Shown here piece by piece: positions 51,135 through 63,115 of a stretch of DNA of 64,000 nucleotides. Numbering within the stretch: position 1 is the first letter of the stretch; the number at the start of each line of letters is the position of its first letter. The stretch spans positions 25,174,001 to 25,238,000 of the forward strand of contig CM059433.1 in assembly GCA_030390025.1 (NCBI GenBank), read 5' to 3'. Under the pieces are notes generated by a model. That model was not told the DNA's origin. It searched no databases and saw only the letters and a list, made by a program, of their open reading frames with translations. Origin of the DNA: Squalus acanthias (Eukaryota). The position numbers and the translations under genes are program-made.

Positions 51135-52008
51135 CTTCTCCAGCTTCCACCCTAACCATGTTAAAGAAGCCATCCCCTATGGACAAGCCCTGCGAATACA
51201 CAGGATCTGCTCAGACGAGGAGGAACGCGATGGACACCTACGGACGCTGAAAAACGCCCTCGTAAGAACGGGATATGACGCTCGACTCATCGATCGACAG
51301 TTCCGACGGGCCACAGCGAAAAATCGCATAGACCTCCTCAGAAGGCAAACACGGGACACAACCAACAGGGTACCCTATGTCGTCCAGTACTTCCCCGGAG
51401 CGGAGAAACTACGCCATGTTCTTCGCAGCCTTCAACATGTCATCGATGACGACAAACACCTCACTAAGGCCATCCCCACGCCTCCACTACTTGCCTTCAA
51501 ACAGCCGCCTAACCTCAGAAGTACCATCGTTCACAGCAAATTACCCAGCTTTCAGGATAACAGCGACCACGACACCACACAACCCTGCCATGGCAAACTC
51601 TGCAAGACATGCCAGATCATCAACACAGATACCACCATCACACGTGAGGACACTACCCACCAGGTACATGGTACATACTCATGTGACTCGGCCAACGTTG
51701 TCTACCTCATACGTTGCAGGAAAGAATGCACCGCGGCATGGTACATCGGCGAGACCATGCAGACACTGAGACAACATATGAACGAGCACCGCGCAACAAT
51801 CGCCAGGCAGGATTGTTACCTCCCAGTCGGGGAACACTTCAGCAGTCAAGGACATTCAGCCTCGGATCTGCGGGTAAGCGTTCTCCAAGGCAACCTTAGA
51901 AACACACGACAACGCAAAATCATCGAGCAGAAACTGATAGCCAAGTTCCGCACTCATGAAGACGGTCTCAATCGGGATCTTGGGTTTATGTCACGATACA
52001 TGACGTGA
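51135..52008 (+). pseudogene. Inverted duplicate of the Penelope ORF C-terminus (thumb + GIY-YIG)
   Basis: Same peptide as the end of the 916-aa ORF apart from 3 residues (A/T, S/C, R/H). Confidence 0.9.
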
Positions 52009-52340
52009 TCCGGACTCGAGTCGTCGTTAGCTTGTTCACAGATGTGATTCCCAGTAAAAAAGTAAAAATTTTCCCAGTAAAAAAGTAAAAAAATGTTAAA
52101 GCTTTTCGTTTTACATACAGACGGCAGCTTTTGACACGTTAGAACCCCTGCGACTACACCTCATTGTCTCAGTTGTATCTTGCTATGTCTTTGATGTGGT
52201 ACCTTCCTGGCTGACTTAATTAACTTTATCACACCTCGGCAGATAGTCAGGATGATTTAATTTATTGGTCTGCAATTGTAAAGTACACATGCTCTGTTTT
52301 CCATCTATATATGCTTTGGAGATTCTGTATCTAATTTACT

Positions 52341-52383
52341 TCACCTGAGGAAGGAGCAAATCGATAGCTCCGAAAGCTTGTGA
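52341..52383 (+). ncRNA. Minimal type I hammerhead ribozyme motif (Penelope B); mirror copy at 47978-48020 (-)
   Basis: TCAC-CTGAGGA-A-GGAGC(aaatcgata)GCTCC-GAA-AGCT-T-GTGA. Confidence 0.8.
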
Positions 52384-52574
52384 TTTCAAATAAAACTGTT
52401 GGACTATAACCTGGTGTTGTGCGACCTCTCAATTTTGTCCACCCCAGTCCAACACCGGCATCTCCGCATCATGACCACTAAGAGGAAGCCAGGATTATTA
52501 AAGGCAAAGAAGCATATATAACACTTTGCTAAGAGGTAACGTAACCCATATAAAAAAAACAAAAAAGTAGGACA

Positions 52575-54049
52575 TTTTGGCATATTATAGATTATATAGG
52601 GCTGGAAATTGGGCATCTTTGCGCCTCCCGTTATTGCCTCTGGGGGTGATAACAGGGCAGTAATCACTTACCGGCCGGGTACGGCGAGAAGATCGACTCC
52701 CGCTATATTCGGCCGGTGGTTTGCGATGGCGGTATGACGTTGCGCCCCAATCTGATTCGCCCGGAGATGGTGATGTCATCGCCGTGTGCATCGCCCCGGT
52801 ACCGCCCCGGACCCGAACTTTGGTTCCGCCCCCTGCAGCATCACCGGGCGAAAACACCGGCAGCTGCAGGAGGCGTTCATCGGGCGGCCGGGTGCTTCGG
52901 GGGCGATACTTAAAGGCGAAGTGGCCGAGGTAAGTTGAAAGAAATCTCAAACGGTCTTGCTGGGTTTTTTTCAGTTTTCTTATCCAGTGCTCGATCAGCC
53001 CGGCACTCTGCTGAAGTGCATCGGGCTGATTGGGCCGGATCGCGGCTGTCGTCGACCAGGTAAGTTTTGCCCTTGCAGAGCCTGCAGCGATTGCTCTTCC
53101 CTTTAATGGAGGGAAGGAGCCTTCCAACGCGGCAGTGCTGCACGGCCCAGTGTGCAGCGCTGCTCACCTACCGCCCCGCCTGCTGCCTGGCGCTAATTTT
53201 TTCAACTTTTAAAAGTTAGCGCCCCAAACGGGACGATACTGAATTTCTCCCCCTATATGTTCAAGTCTCTGGAGTCGGGCTTGAACCTATGACCTTCTGC
53301 TCAGAGCCGAGTGCCACCACTGAGCCAAGGCTGTCCATCAGAGGAACAGAAAGTTTGGAGTTTTGGGGGTTGTAGGGCTAGTGGAGGTTACACAGATACA
53401 GAAGGGTGAGGGTATAAATAAATGTTAACATGAGGATGAGAATTTTAAATTTAAAGCTTCGGGAGAGAGAGGGGGAGAGAGAGAGAGCTGTTGGCACGTG
53501 GAGTTCGGTTAATTCAGCTTCTGAAAGGTGTTCATGTTTAATTCATTCGATATAGGGGGGAAAATGTCGGTGGTATCATTGGAGAGAGAGAGAGAGACAG
53601 ATTTCACTTAGCAACAGCTGGGTGTTTGCAATCACCGGCCTTGGATAGAATAGAATGTTTAAATTAGAAATATTATGTTAGGGTAAGAAAAGTCTGGAGA
53701 CTAGTGATTTCTGCCTACACAGCAAGGCCACGATATTTAGTGCCTCTAACGTTGTTGAGGTGTGTTGAAGAAGATGCAGACTTGTCTCTCTGGACCATGC
53801 CGTAGCCAGAGATGACCATATTAGGCAGTGCCTGCTCCAGTTTGATAAGAAACCGGTGTATAAATGTCAGCTTTTTCCTTTGTTCGGAAGCACGGAGATA
53901 CCCATCGCTAGGTTTGTGCGCTCCATCTGTGACTATACTCCGCTTGTAAATTGCTTTTTATGCTGAAGTTAAAGAATAAAATGATTATAACCAGAAGACT
54001 GAATTCATTACTACTCAAGTGAACAAACAGAACTTTGTTTAAGACAACA
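52575..54049 (+). repeat. 3' LTR (split by a MITE)
   Basis: TTTTGGCATATTATAGATTATA, then the MITE, then TATGTTCAAGTC...CAACA; purine/A-rich tract at 52553-52572 immediately upstream. Confidence 0.92.
52599..53253. mobile_element. Harbinger-type MITE in the 3' LTR
   Basis: GGGCTGGAAATT / AATTTCTCCCCC in a TATA context; absent from the 5' LTR; right end related to the left end of 10477-11312. Confidence 0.88.
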
Positions 54050-55511
54050 AATATACCAATACACCTAAACATTAGTGAAGACAGAATCAGGCTCTCTGTG
54101 ATGCCTTCCAATGTTGAATGGCCATCCAACAGTCATACATAAAAAATGCATATTTGACTAAGATTCTGGAGGCGGAGTCTGCAGTGGCTATTTCCATGTC
54201 CATATACACAATCTTGCTTTTCATAAATAATAATCATTATATTAGTGCAGATTTCAACAACAGCTTTTAAATAACTTGTCAGAAATTATATTTTTGCTTC
54301 AATTTGAAAATATGCAACATTACTTCTTTAAGCTTGTTCCGCCATGCCTGACACTGGCAATTAGATTTAGGATGTATAGTTTGGATAAAGTTACAAAGCA
54401 TTCTGCTATGTATCAGAGTTTTGAATGAACTTAGTAAATCACAAATGGAGAAATAATCTATAACTATAAATGATTCTGATGATTTATTCAATAGCAAAAG
54501 CCTTCAAATGTAAAATGAGAAACATAAATTGTGTTGCTGTAAGAAATGCATTCCATTGCAATCAAAGCTGTTTTAGCAGCCATGTAATTTAAAATAATCA
54601 GACAGGTCGAGGATGGACAATTTACTGCTCTACGAACTGGTTCATTCTCTTTATGTACTATAAATTTCATAATCTTGTTGAAGGGATGAAAGATTTATAA
54701 AATTTGCATTTTTATCTGCTTGTTTTTAATGTAAAAATGAAGGTAAAGATGGTGGATAATCAATGCAGTGTGTGTCGGTTTTCAAAAGGGCACCTCCTTT
54801 CAATTCATCAATTCAAAGAGCCTTGCAAAGCTGCAGTAATGCTTTAGTGCTTATCTGTCATCTTTGAAGCCGATTACAAAGCGTTAAATGGGAAGCTATT
54901 TTAAATTGACGTGTAACCTTGTAGCCCATCCAAAGGTCACACCTCCAATCATTCTGAGTAATGATGCACTTTTTGTGCGCTGTTCATTTTTTTAATGGAA
55001 AAGCTCGTGTGGAAAAGAAACAAGACCCACAGTGCAAGTCACCACCAAGGTTAGGAACAAAAGTAAACTGAGAGATAGATGATAACAAGCTAAGGGTTCA
55101 AAAGCTTGTAGAATATAGGAAGAAGTAAAGACTGAGGGATTTAAGGAGTTCCACAGTTTGAGATCCTGGAAAGTCATGACTTACTTTAGGAGACAGCAAA
55201 GAACCACGATTTCAACACAGTGAAGTTGCAAGGAGGAGCACAACTGTGTGGGAAGGTATAATAGGAGGAAGAAGAGAAGAAAGTTCAGAGAAATAAGAAA
55301 GGTTGCAGCAGAAGCAGAGAACGATCACCGACCAGGCAACAAGCTATTCCTTGTATAACTGTTAAAGAGAAATGTTAGAGTCTCCCAGATACAGGAACAG
55401 TATTAAAGGCCCTGGAACTAGCAGTATTAAAGGCCCAATCTCCAGCTGGAGGTAAAGTGAGAGGATGCCGGAACCTCTGTGGAAATTCAGCGCTGAAACC
55501 TCAGACAGTAT

Positions 55512-56377
55512 GGGCTGGATTTTACCAGCCCTGAGGAGGCGGGGTTGGAGGCGGGACTGCTGGGAAAATCAAAAAGAATGGGAGCGGGTCCCGAACCCGC
55601 TCCCAACCCGCCTCCAACCAATCTTCCTGGGAGTTGGGTCCCCGATTTGCGCAGGGACCCGACTCCTAGCAGCGGGAAGAGGATTATAGCCACTTAACTG
55701 CCTGTTAACAGGTAGTTAATAGGCAGTTAAGAGGCTTTTTCCCATTATGCAACTTCTGCTGCGGGCTTCCTGAGGTCAGGGAACTCCACCAGGGTAAGTG
55801 AGGTGTGCTGTGTGTCTGTTGTAATGTTTGTGTATAGATGACAGCTGCAGGAGTGGTGTGAAGGATGCAATGGGACACTGGTGAGTATCTCAGGTAAGGA
55901 AATGTTGGGAAAGTCATTTTTAATGTGTTTAGATTTTTCTGTAGGTGACAAGCTTTGAAGTGTTTGTGTGGCCTCATCTCATTGGGAGAAGTGACAGATC
56001 GCTTTTGTACCCTCACCTACAGCTGCCATCTGTTTTATCCTAAGAGAGAGTCATTGGAGAGTCTGGGTGCAAGGGCTCACCTTTGTACAGTGATTGTCAG
56101 TGTTTGACAGCACCTCAATGCTGTCAAACACTGTCAAATCATCTGTCGAAAATAAATGTTTCATGTCCCTTTAAGAAAACCGCCAGATGAAGCGTTAGCA
56201 ACTGACGTCATCTGACACCGGCTTTCCCTTAATTGGCCAGCAAGCCCACAAGGCGGGCTTAACAAGGCCAATCTGGGGAAAATAGCGTCTGTGCATCGGA
56301 CGTTGCTGGGGGTGAGACTAGAACCCGGGAGGCAGCAATCCCACCCCCAACTCATCTTGGTAAGTAAAATCCAGCCC
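55512..56377. mobile_element. Harbinger-type MITE
   Basis: Perfect 14-bp TIR GGGCTGGATTTTAC / GTAAAATCCAGCCC, TAT TSD. Confidence 0.88.
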
Positions 56378-56414
56378 TATATGTATGTATAAGTAAATTT
56401 GTTGAGGGAGAAAG

Positions 56415-56727
56415 AATCAGAATCATAGAATCATACAGCACAGAAGGAGGCCATTCAGCCCATCATGCCTCTTTGAAAGAGCTATCCAATTAGTCCCACC
56501 CCCTGCTCTTTCCCCGTTAGCCCTGCGGTTTATTCCTTTTCATCTATATATCCAATTTCCTTTTGAAAATTGCTATTTAATCTGCTTTCACCACCCTTTC
56601 AGGCAGCGCATTCCAGATCATAACAACTCGCTTTGTAAAAAAACATTCTCCTCATCTCCCCTCTGGTTCTTTTGCCAATGATCTTAAATCTGTGTCCTCC
56701 GGTTACCGACCCTTCCACCAGTGGAAA
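56415..56727 (-). mobile_element. CR1 3' fragment
   Basis: (AGAATCAT)n tail; reverse-complement match to 60890-61210. Confidence 0.85.
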
Positions 56728-57836
56728 CTCCCCGAGACATTCCAGCACATCATGTGTTGCATGCTGGGAGTGCCAGTAAAAGATTTAAAGGAGCTGGCCT
56801 TGCATTGAGATACAAAGCCAGCTGATTCTCACACTGAGTCCAGGGCGCCGAGGGAGCAGGAGTCCTGCTGTGTCGGCATCGCAGTATTAGTCCCATAATA
56901 TACACTGTAAGAACAGCAAGGAAAAATAAATTAGAGCACCACGCTTCATGATGTTTTCTTTTTGAAATGTCACAGATGAGTTTATATGAGGTTTGCTGAT
57001 AAGTGTAAGAATTATTCAAGAAAGCTCAGTTCATGATACAGGAGCACTTCAATTTAATTTATAAGAAGAAGAGTAGTCTTTCTCCCTCTCTTTCTCTGTC
57101 TCTCTCTCTCTGCTATCTGTTCCAATAACAAGAGCATAGTTTGCTTCCCCCCCAAAGCCCTTTTTGCGACCTTGACTCACTTTGAAGTCTTTCTGCTTTC
57201 CTGATTCTGCTGTCTCTGTTCATTTTTAAAAAGCCTCTCTTCAAAGACTAGAAGAGATCAAAGAAATTGATCAACCCCAAGGTGTTAATGTCACCTGAAT
57301 GTTTGTAAGGGGCTGTTTTCAGGCAGATAACCGATGGTGCGCATGGCCTGGGAGGCTGGAGACTTGCCGTAAACTAGGCCTTATGCCTCATTTTAATAAT
57401 TGCGATGAGCTGCCGAAGCCTGTGTGCCTCCAGAGGCAGCTCGCCGCTTTTCCACGAGATAATTTGGGCCGCTTGCTTTGCTGACAGCGGCCCGGGGAGG
57501 GGACAATCGCGGCTAGCAGTGACCCTCAGGAGTGCCGCTGTGCTGGGGGGTGCTCTGATGCTTCTCCTGGCTCCATATACAAGTTTGTTAAAAAAATTAC
57601 TTTTTTTGTCAGTGGCCGCTTGTTAGGCCGCATTCACGGCAGGAAGCATAAAACACCTGTTCTGCTGAATCCCAACTTCAGGAAGGGGGTCTTAAAACAG
57701 GCCCCTTGTTAATGTATGCAATCTGTTTTAGGCAACAGCCAGGGATGCCTGAAAAATAGCCCGACCATTATGAGGTCTGAAGTATTTCAGATGCCTTTGG
57801 GAAATGGGCACATTGCGGTCCAATTTCTACCCCTTG

Positions 57837-58683
57837 GGGGGTGATTTTGCCAATGGGGGCGCGTTGGAGGCGGGACTGCTGCTTGTCGGGTTTAGTCCCG
57901 CCTCCATCGACGTGCGGCCAACCCACGCTATTTTCCCTTGATTGATCTTGCTAAGCCCAACCAGCGGGCTTAGCAGGCCAAGTAAGGGAAAGCCGGTGAC
58001 AGAGAATGTCAGCATATGATGTTTCATCTGTCAAAAATTTTTAACAGATGAATTGTCATCGTTTGACAGCTTTGAGAAGCTGTCAAACACTGACCTTCTC
58101 TGTTCTTTGTTGAGTTCTTGTACTCAAGACTCATCAGACCTATTTCCTGAGCAGGAAGCAGATGGCTGTGTTGCATCGGAGAATGCAGCAGCCATTCTGT
58201 CATCTCTGCCAGGGAGATGCCGGAGTCTCCGGATCCCCAGCGATTGAAGCCTGCAGGAAGAAACAAAGGTAAGGAAACTTTTTCTAACACTTTTCACTCA
58301 GCTCACATACTTACCTCTCCACACTTGCACCCATCACTCACCTCCACAGCGCACTTTTCGGCCCCTCCGACCCCCGCAGACCCTCTGCTCGCCTCGCTGA
58401 CCCTGGCGGGGTTTCCCGACGTCGGGAAGCCAACACTTTTGTTGGTAAAATGGGGATAATCCTCTTAACTGCCTGTTAACTGCCTGTTAACAGGCAGTTA
58501 AGGGGCTGTAATCCCTTTCCCGCCTGGAGGAGACGGGACCCGGCGTGGGTTGGGTACCCGCCTCCTGGGAAGATGGCACGGAGGCGGGTTGGGGGCGGGA
58601 TGGGTACCCGGCCCCAGATTCTGCCATTTTCCCGGCAGTCCTGCCTCCAAACCCGCCTACCCAGGGCTGGCAAGATCGCCCCC
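57837..58683. mobile_element. Harbinger-type MITE
   Basis: TIRs GGGGGTGATTTTGCC / GGCAAGATCGCCCCC, TTG TSD; close relative of 39054-39896. Confidence 0.85.
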
Positions 58684-58789
58684 TTGGTCTCTGAGGGGTG
58701 AAATACCTAGTGCTGCCGCAGCAGCTGAATGGGATGAGGCGTCCAATTTTGGATCACTGCACTGTCTGAGGCTACTGTTTCTGCAGGAT

Positions 58790-60120
58790 CCTGAGTCCAC
58801 AAATGTGTTCCCTTCAGTTGAGGTGTTACTGTCTGTAATCCAGCAGAGGAGGACCCAGCTTTTGGCCCTGAGGGGAAGGAAAGCCGTGATAGCAGATCTA
58901 TGGAAGGAGGTGGTCTTGGCAGTGAGTGGTACCTCCAACTGTCCCACATGGCTACTCAATGCTGTAAGAAGCTCACTGACCTCTCCAGCCAAGGTAGTAG
59001 GAGGCACTCATACCATGGAGCAGCACACTGCAATAAACATCTTTCCCAGTTTCAGCCATCTTGCCTCACTACATCTGCCCCAGTAAAACTCACCAGATAA
59101 ACTACATACAACCACTGGGTCAGTTTAATTTAGGCACGGTATATTGTAATATGATTTGCTTTGTTATGAATGCAATGGGTAAACATTCTATGGGTCTATT
59201 TCTTCATACACGATTGTGTTTTAATGGATTGGGAAGGGGGGCTATGCAGGGGATGTTCTTAATGTCCAGGCCCTAAGAATTCTTAATGCGGCTCTGCCTG
59301 AGTTGCATTCCATACGTTAGCATGTAGAATGCCTTCACTCTGTCTACTTTCTTCTTAAAGGGGATGCAGGCCACTGACAATGACAGGAAGTATCACTTTA
59401 ATCTCCCAAGGCTTCTGCTGGAAATCATCAGCCAGACAGCTCAGAAATTGCAGTAGGAGTGGTAGAAGGCTAGGATTGAAAGGGCACAACAGTTGGCACC
59501 AAGGAGAGGCATGGTGGTCATAAACTACAAAAAATGTCCGATTGTTTTCAGCAAAATGTTTTTTTCGCTGATGGGATATGGGTGGAATGGCTTGAGGTAC
59601 AGTGTGGGAATATGGGAATGTTTGTGCGAATGAGCATTGGATGATCTCCACAAGGGACCCACGGTAGATGCGGAGACCAGCTGGATGTCAGCAAGTTGAT
59701 TTTGCTGTCACAGCATAATGGCAGAATGCATTTGCCAGTGGGCTTGGATCTTAGTCAGGTTAAGGTCTCCCTTATGAGCTCTACTCACAGCTTTTAAGAA
59801 GCTGGCACAATTCAGCCATTACTTTGTGAGGGAGCTGCAGCCTTCTGAAGCATTGCCAAGGGGGTCGTGGTGAAGTAGCCCTGCCTGGATCGGCTGACAG
59901 GAGAAGTGGGTACCAGCAGGTAGGAGCCAGAGGCCACAGACAGAGCCTGTTCAGCCCAGCATCCCTGTGATTGACCTCTTCTTCCTCCTTAAAGCAGAGG
60001 AATGGGGGAAGCCTGAGAAATTCCATTGGTTCCCGAGGTCCTGACTGCAAGATTAAAGTTCACTGGTGCCCACATGCTCATGAGTTCTTTGTTGGAAGGA
60101 TAGGTGGCCCCATTGCATGT
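58790..60120. mobile_element. Highly decayed Harbinger remnant (Myb + , transposase -)
   Basis: EVLLSVIQQRR..LWKEV..QCCKKLTDL (+); QCFRRLQLPHKVMAELCQLL (-). Confidence 0.5.
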
Positions 60121-60589
60121 AATTTTTGTTAGGGAAAGTTAGACACATAGAAGTGAGATGCAGCCTTCATAGCAACTGGACCAGCTGTCAGAAGGGAATG
60201 CTTTAAAGATGCTTCCAGCATCCTGAAGATCTGCCTGTTTTACACGTTTGCCAGCATCTTTGGAGATTTTTGTTTTGCCTTGGCGAGCTACTGAACTGTA
60301 TTTCTAACTGCCAATGTGAGAGTCTCTCTGGTTTACTACCCATTTTTGACCCTAACCAAAGTAAGGGATACTAGTGACTGGAATGGCATTCCCAATGAGG
60401 ATTCCCCTGTTTGCAGTTCTAATGGAGGAGGAAGAAGAGATCAGGAGGGATGAGGCCCACCCTCTTTTACCACCCCCCACCCAGATAATGAAAATATAGG
60501 AGCCATGGATCTTATTAGGGAATGAGTGGGACCTCTGCCTTCAGTAAAGAAGCCCTGGAGGAGCTATGCCACCTTCTGTATGATGACCA

Positions 60590-61345
60590 GCAGCCCCGAT
60601 CAAGTAACAGAACAGCTCTCTCCATTAGTTATCAATTCCTCCATTAGGTCTCACCTCCTAGGCCACAACAGCCTTCCAAGCTGCAACTAGGGACTTATAT
60701 AACATAAGGCAGCATGCCATGCATGCGACAGATTACTGACACCATGTTCAGTAGAACTGTGGAATTCATTCATTGTGGGATTACTCCTAGGCAGCAGCAT
60801 GACTTAGTACAGAGAAGGTTAAGGGGAGATTTAATAGAAGTGTTCAAAGTCATGAAGGGTTTTGATAGAGTAAATAAGGAGAAACTGCTTCCAGTGGCAG
60901 AAGGGTCGGAAACCAGAGGACACAGGAAAAAAAAAGGTAATTGGCAAAAGAACCAGAGGTGAGATGAGGAGAATTTTTTTACGCAGCGAGTTGTTATGAT
61001 CTGGGTTGCACTGCCTGAAAGGGCGGTGGAAGCAGAGTAAATATTAACTTTCAAAAAGTTATTGGATAAATACTTAAAGGGGAAAAAACTTGCAGGACTA
61101 TGGGGATAGGGCAGGGGAGTTGGACTAATTGGACAGCTCTTTCAAAGAGCTAGCATAGGCATGATGGGCCAAATGTTCTCCTTCTGTGCTGTATTAGTCT
61201 ATGATTCTATGACAGGGCTATTCAGTTGTATCATGTTTTTGGGCAATAGATGGTACCCACATAGCACTGTGGGCTCCTACTGTCGTACCCTTGAATATCC
61301 TGAATAGAAAGGGGTTCCACTCACTCAATTTGCAGATAGTCAATT
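60590..61345 (+). mobile_element. Harbinger transposase remnant split by a CR1 3' fragment (about 60810-61210)
   Basis: GAIDGTHIAL..NRKGFHSLNLQI at about 61240-61340; RRLRGDLIEVFK CR1 piece. Confidence 0.65.
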
Positions 61346-62053
61346 ACCAACTGCAACAAATCCTGCTGACCAATGCCAAATTGAAAAAGGACTGGCCATG
61401 GAATGGCAGCAGGGGCATGGCCACATACAGATCCTGATGATGCTGAAGAACCAGGAGGTCAGCATCAGGAGTGTGGGATAGTGTACTATATAAGTGACCA
61501 GCTTGGTTTGGATAAAGGATATCATGGGATGGTTAGCATAGTGGGCTCCAGTAAAGGAGGAACTGTAGAAACTGCAGACAAATTGGTCATGATTTGGCAG
61601 AAGGTTTAGAACATTTGGTGTGAAATGAGGAAAAATAGCTTAACAATACAGATAGTATGATGAATTTACTCTGTGTGATACAGGCTAACATATGGGTTAT
61701 ATTAGGTTGTTAGGATTCTGAAAGCTAAGCAAGCAGGAAATGCCATTTGAATGCAATTTAAGAAGCATCAAAACATCTGTGTAAAGAATTATGGCATAGT
61801 TTGGAGACAACGGGGTAGAATTTGACTTTGTGCAATAGTGTAAAATGGATGATAGTGATAGCCATTTACCATCTCCCGATTTTTATTTCCACTGATTTCA
61901 TTGGCACTTCTCCGGCTCCATTGAAATGAGACCTGAGGCCAAGTATTGGGGGGCCTTGGTCCTCACCATTCAAGTGAGGGAATGTACCTTGTGCTCACCC
62001 TGCACCCAAAACTGGGCCTGCCCAAATTTCTACCCCTATGTCTCAGACACATT

Positions 62054-62751
62054 GGGCTGGATTTTGTCTTGGGGTCGGGTTGGGGTCGGGTTACCCGCAT
62101 TTCGTGTTGTCCCCCCGACTCCAGATTAATGTGGATGAATGATGCAATTTTCACTTAATTGGGCAATTGAGTTCCAGCATGTGGGAACCCATGACCTAAT
62201 TAGTGGTTTCAGTGGGAAAGTCGCCTCTGATGATGTCATCATTGCAGGCTGTCTGGCCTTTGCTGTGAGTGGACCTGAGAGAGAGAGAGAGAAAGAGAGA
62301 AAGAGAAAGAAAGAGAAAATGAGAATTTTCCAGGGTCTCTCAGAGCAGACAATGCAGCAGCATCAGAGGCGACTTTCAGACCTAATACTACTACCTTCAT
62401 CACATCTCCGTTGTAATAGTGGACCTGCAGCTGATAGTCAGCTATCCACTTGTGCTCCCGCCAGGTTTCACTGGAGTGTTTCGCATCAGGCGTACTTCAC
62501 GTCGGAAAAGGGTTAAACTAGCTAAAACGTTTCAAAATGGCATTACAGAGCCAATTTAGGCCTTGTTAAGGGCTTTAATGGCCTCTCCCGCCTCTTGGAG
62601 GCGGGACGGAGTCGGGAACCCCGTGACCGATTTTGTCAAAATTGTGTGGAAGCGGGATGGAGTCGTGATGGGGTCGGGACCCCCGACCCCGCAACTTTAA
62701 CCCCCCACACGCCTCCAAACCCGACTCCACGGGTCATTGAAAATCCAGCCC
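62054..62751. mobile_element. Harbinger-type MITE
   Basis: TIRs GGGCTGGATTTT / AAAATCCAGCCC. Confidence 0.8.
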
Positions 62752-62769
62752 AAAATGTTAATGCAGACC

Positions 62770-63115
62770 CACTTACCTTACATGCGCACCCATCCTTCTC
62801 ATTCTACGCACTTCCTCACATCCCCATCTATCCATCCACCACTGTCACTCACCCTAATCCTTAGATAATGTCATGCCTCTCCCTGATAGTCACCCTCACC
62901 AAATGCTCTCCATCCATCGGGTGAGCACATGCCATTACTCTCACTCATAGGTCTGTTCGTTCCCTCGTTGCAGGAGAAGAGAGCACAGAACACCAGGGGG
63001 GAGGGAGAGAACTGGAGGTGGCCCGCCACATATTTCCCGGCTCACAAATGCAGAGGAGGAGGCGCTGAAGATCAGGGGAGTTTCGGCGCCCCTGCAGGGT
63101 GTAATGGGCGGGGTG
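62770..63115 (+). mobile_element. Harbinger Myb gene intron/exon remnant
   Basis: TTGCAG then EKRAQN.., homologous to 27190-27420 (-). Confidence 0.6.

Larger units (their letters stand above)
47928..52475 (-). mobile_element. Penelope-like element family B, full ORF plus 1.3-kb inverted 3' duplication
   Basis: Minus-strand unit 51136 to about 47926; plus-strand arm 51135-52480; TSD CACTAAGAGGAA at 47916-47927 and 52476-52487. Confidence 0.96.
45894..52521 (+). pseudogene. env: env, class I fusion glycoprotein-like (split by Penelope at 47928-52487)
   Basis: Acceptor TTTTAACAG at 45886 before the ATG; K-K-*-R-K-R furin-like site then AMGWMGIGATAGLSGINLADIE and heptads; Cys-rich GKGQYCVTT region; TM VIAQIIALGILVIALCCV; basic tail resumes KPGLLKAKKHI* after the insert. 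Confidence 0.8.
36840..54049 (+). mobile_element. Endogenous retrovirus, lokiretrovirus-like (LTR-gag-pol-env-LTR), degenerate, with nested insertions
   Basis: Paired LTRs, PBS, gag zinc knuckles, PR/RT/RH/IN, env with TM; see sub-features. Confidence 0.9.

Noticed and set aside
51070..52008. Stand-alone 312-aa GIY-YIG gene
   Set aside because: Inverted duplicate of the Penelope C-terminus; its start is a non-ATG codon in antisense pLTR
52585..53212. CpG island or GC-rich ORFs
   Set aside because: Lies wholly within a young MITE that is absent from the 5' LTR
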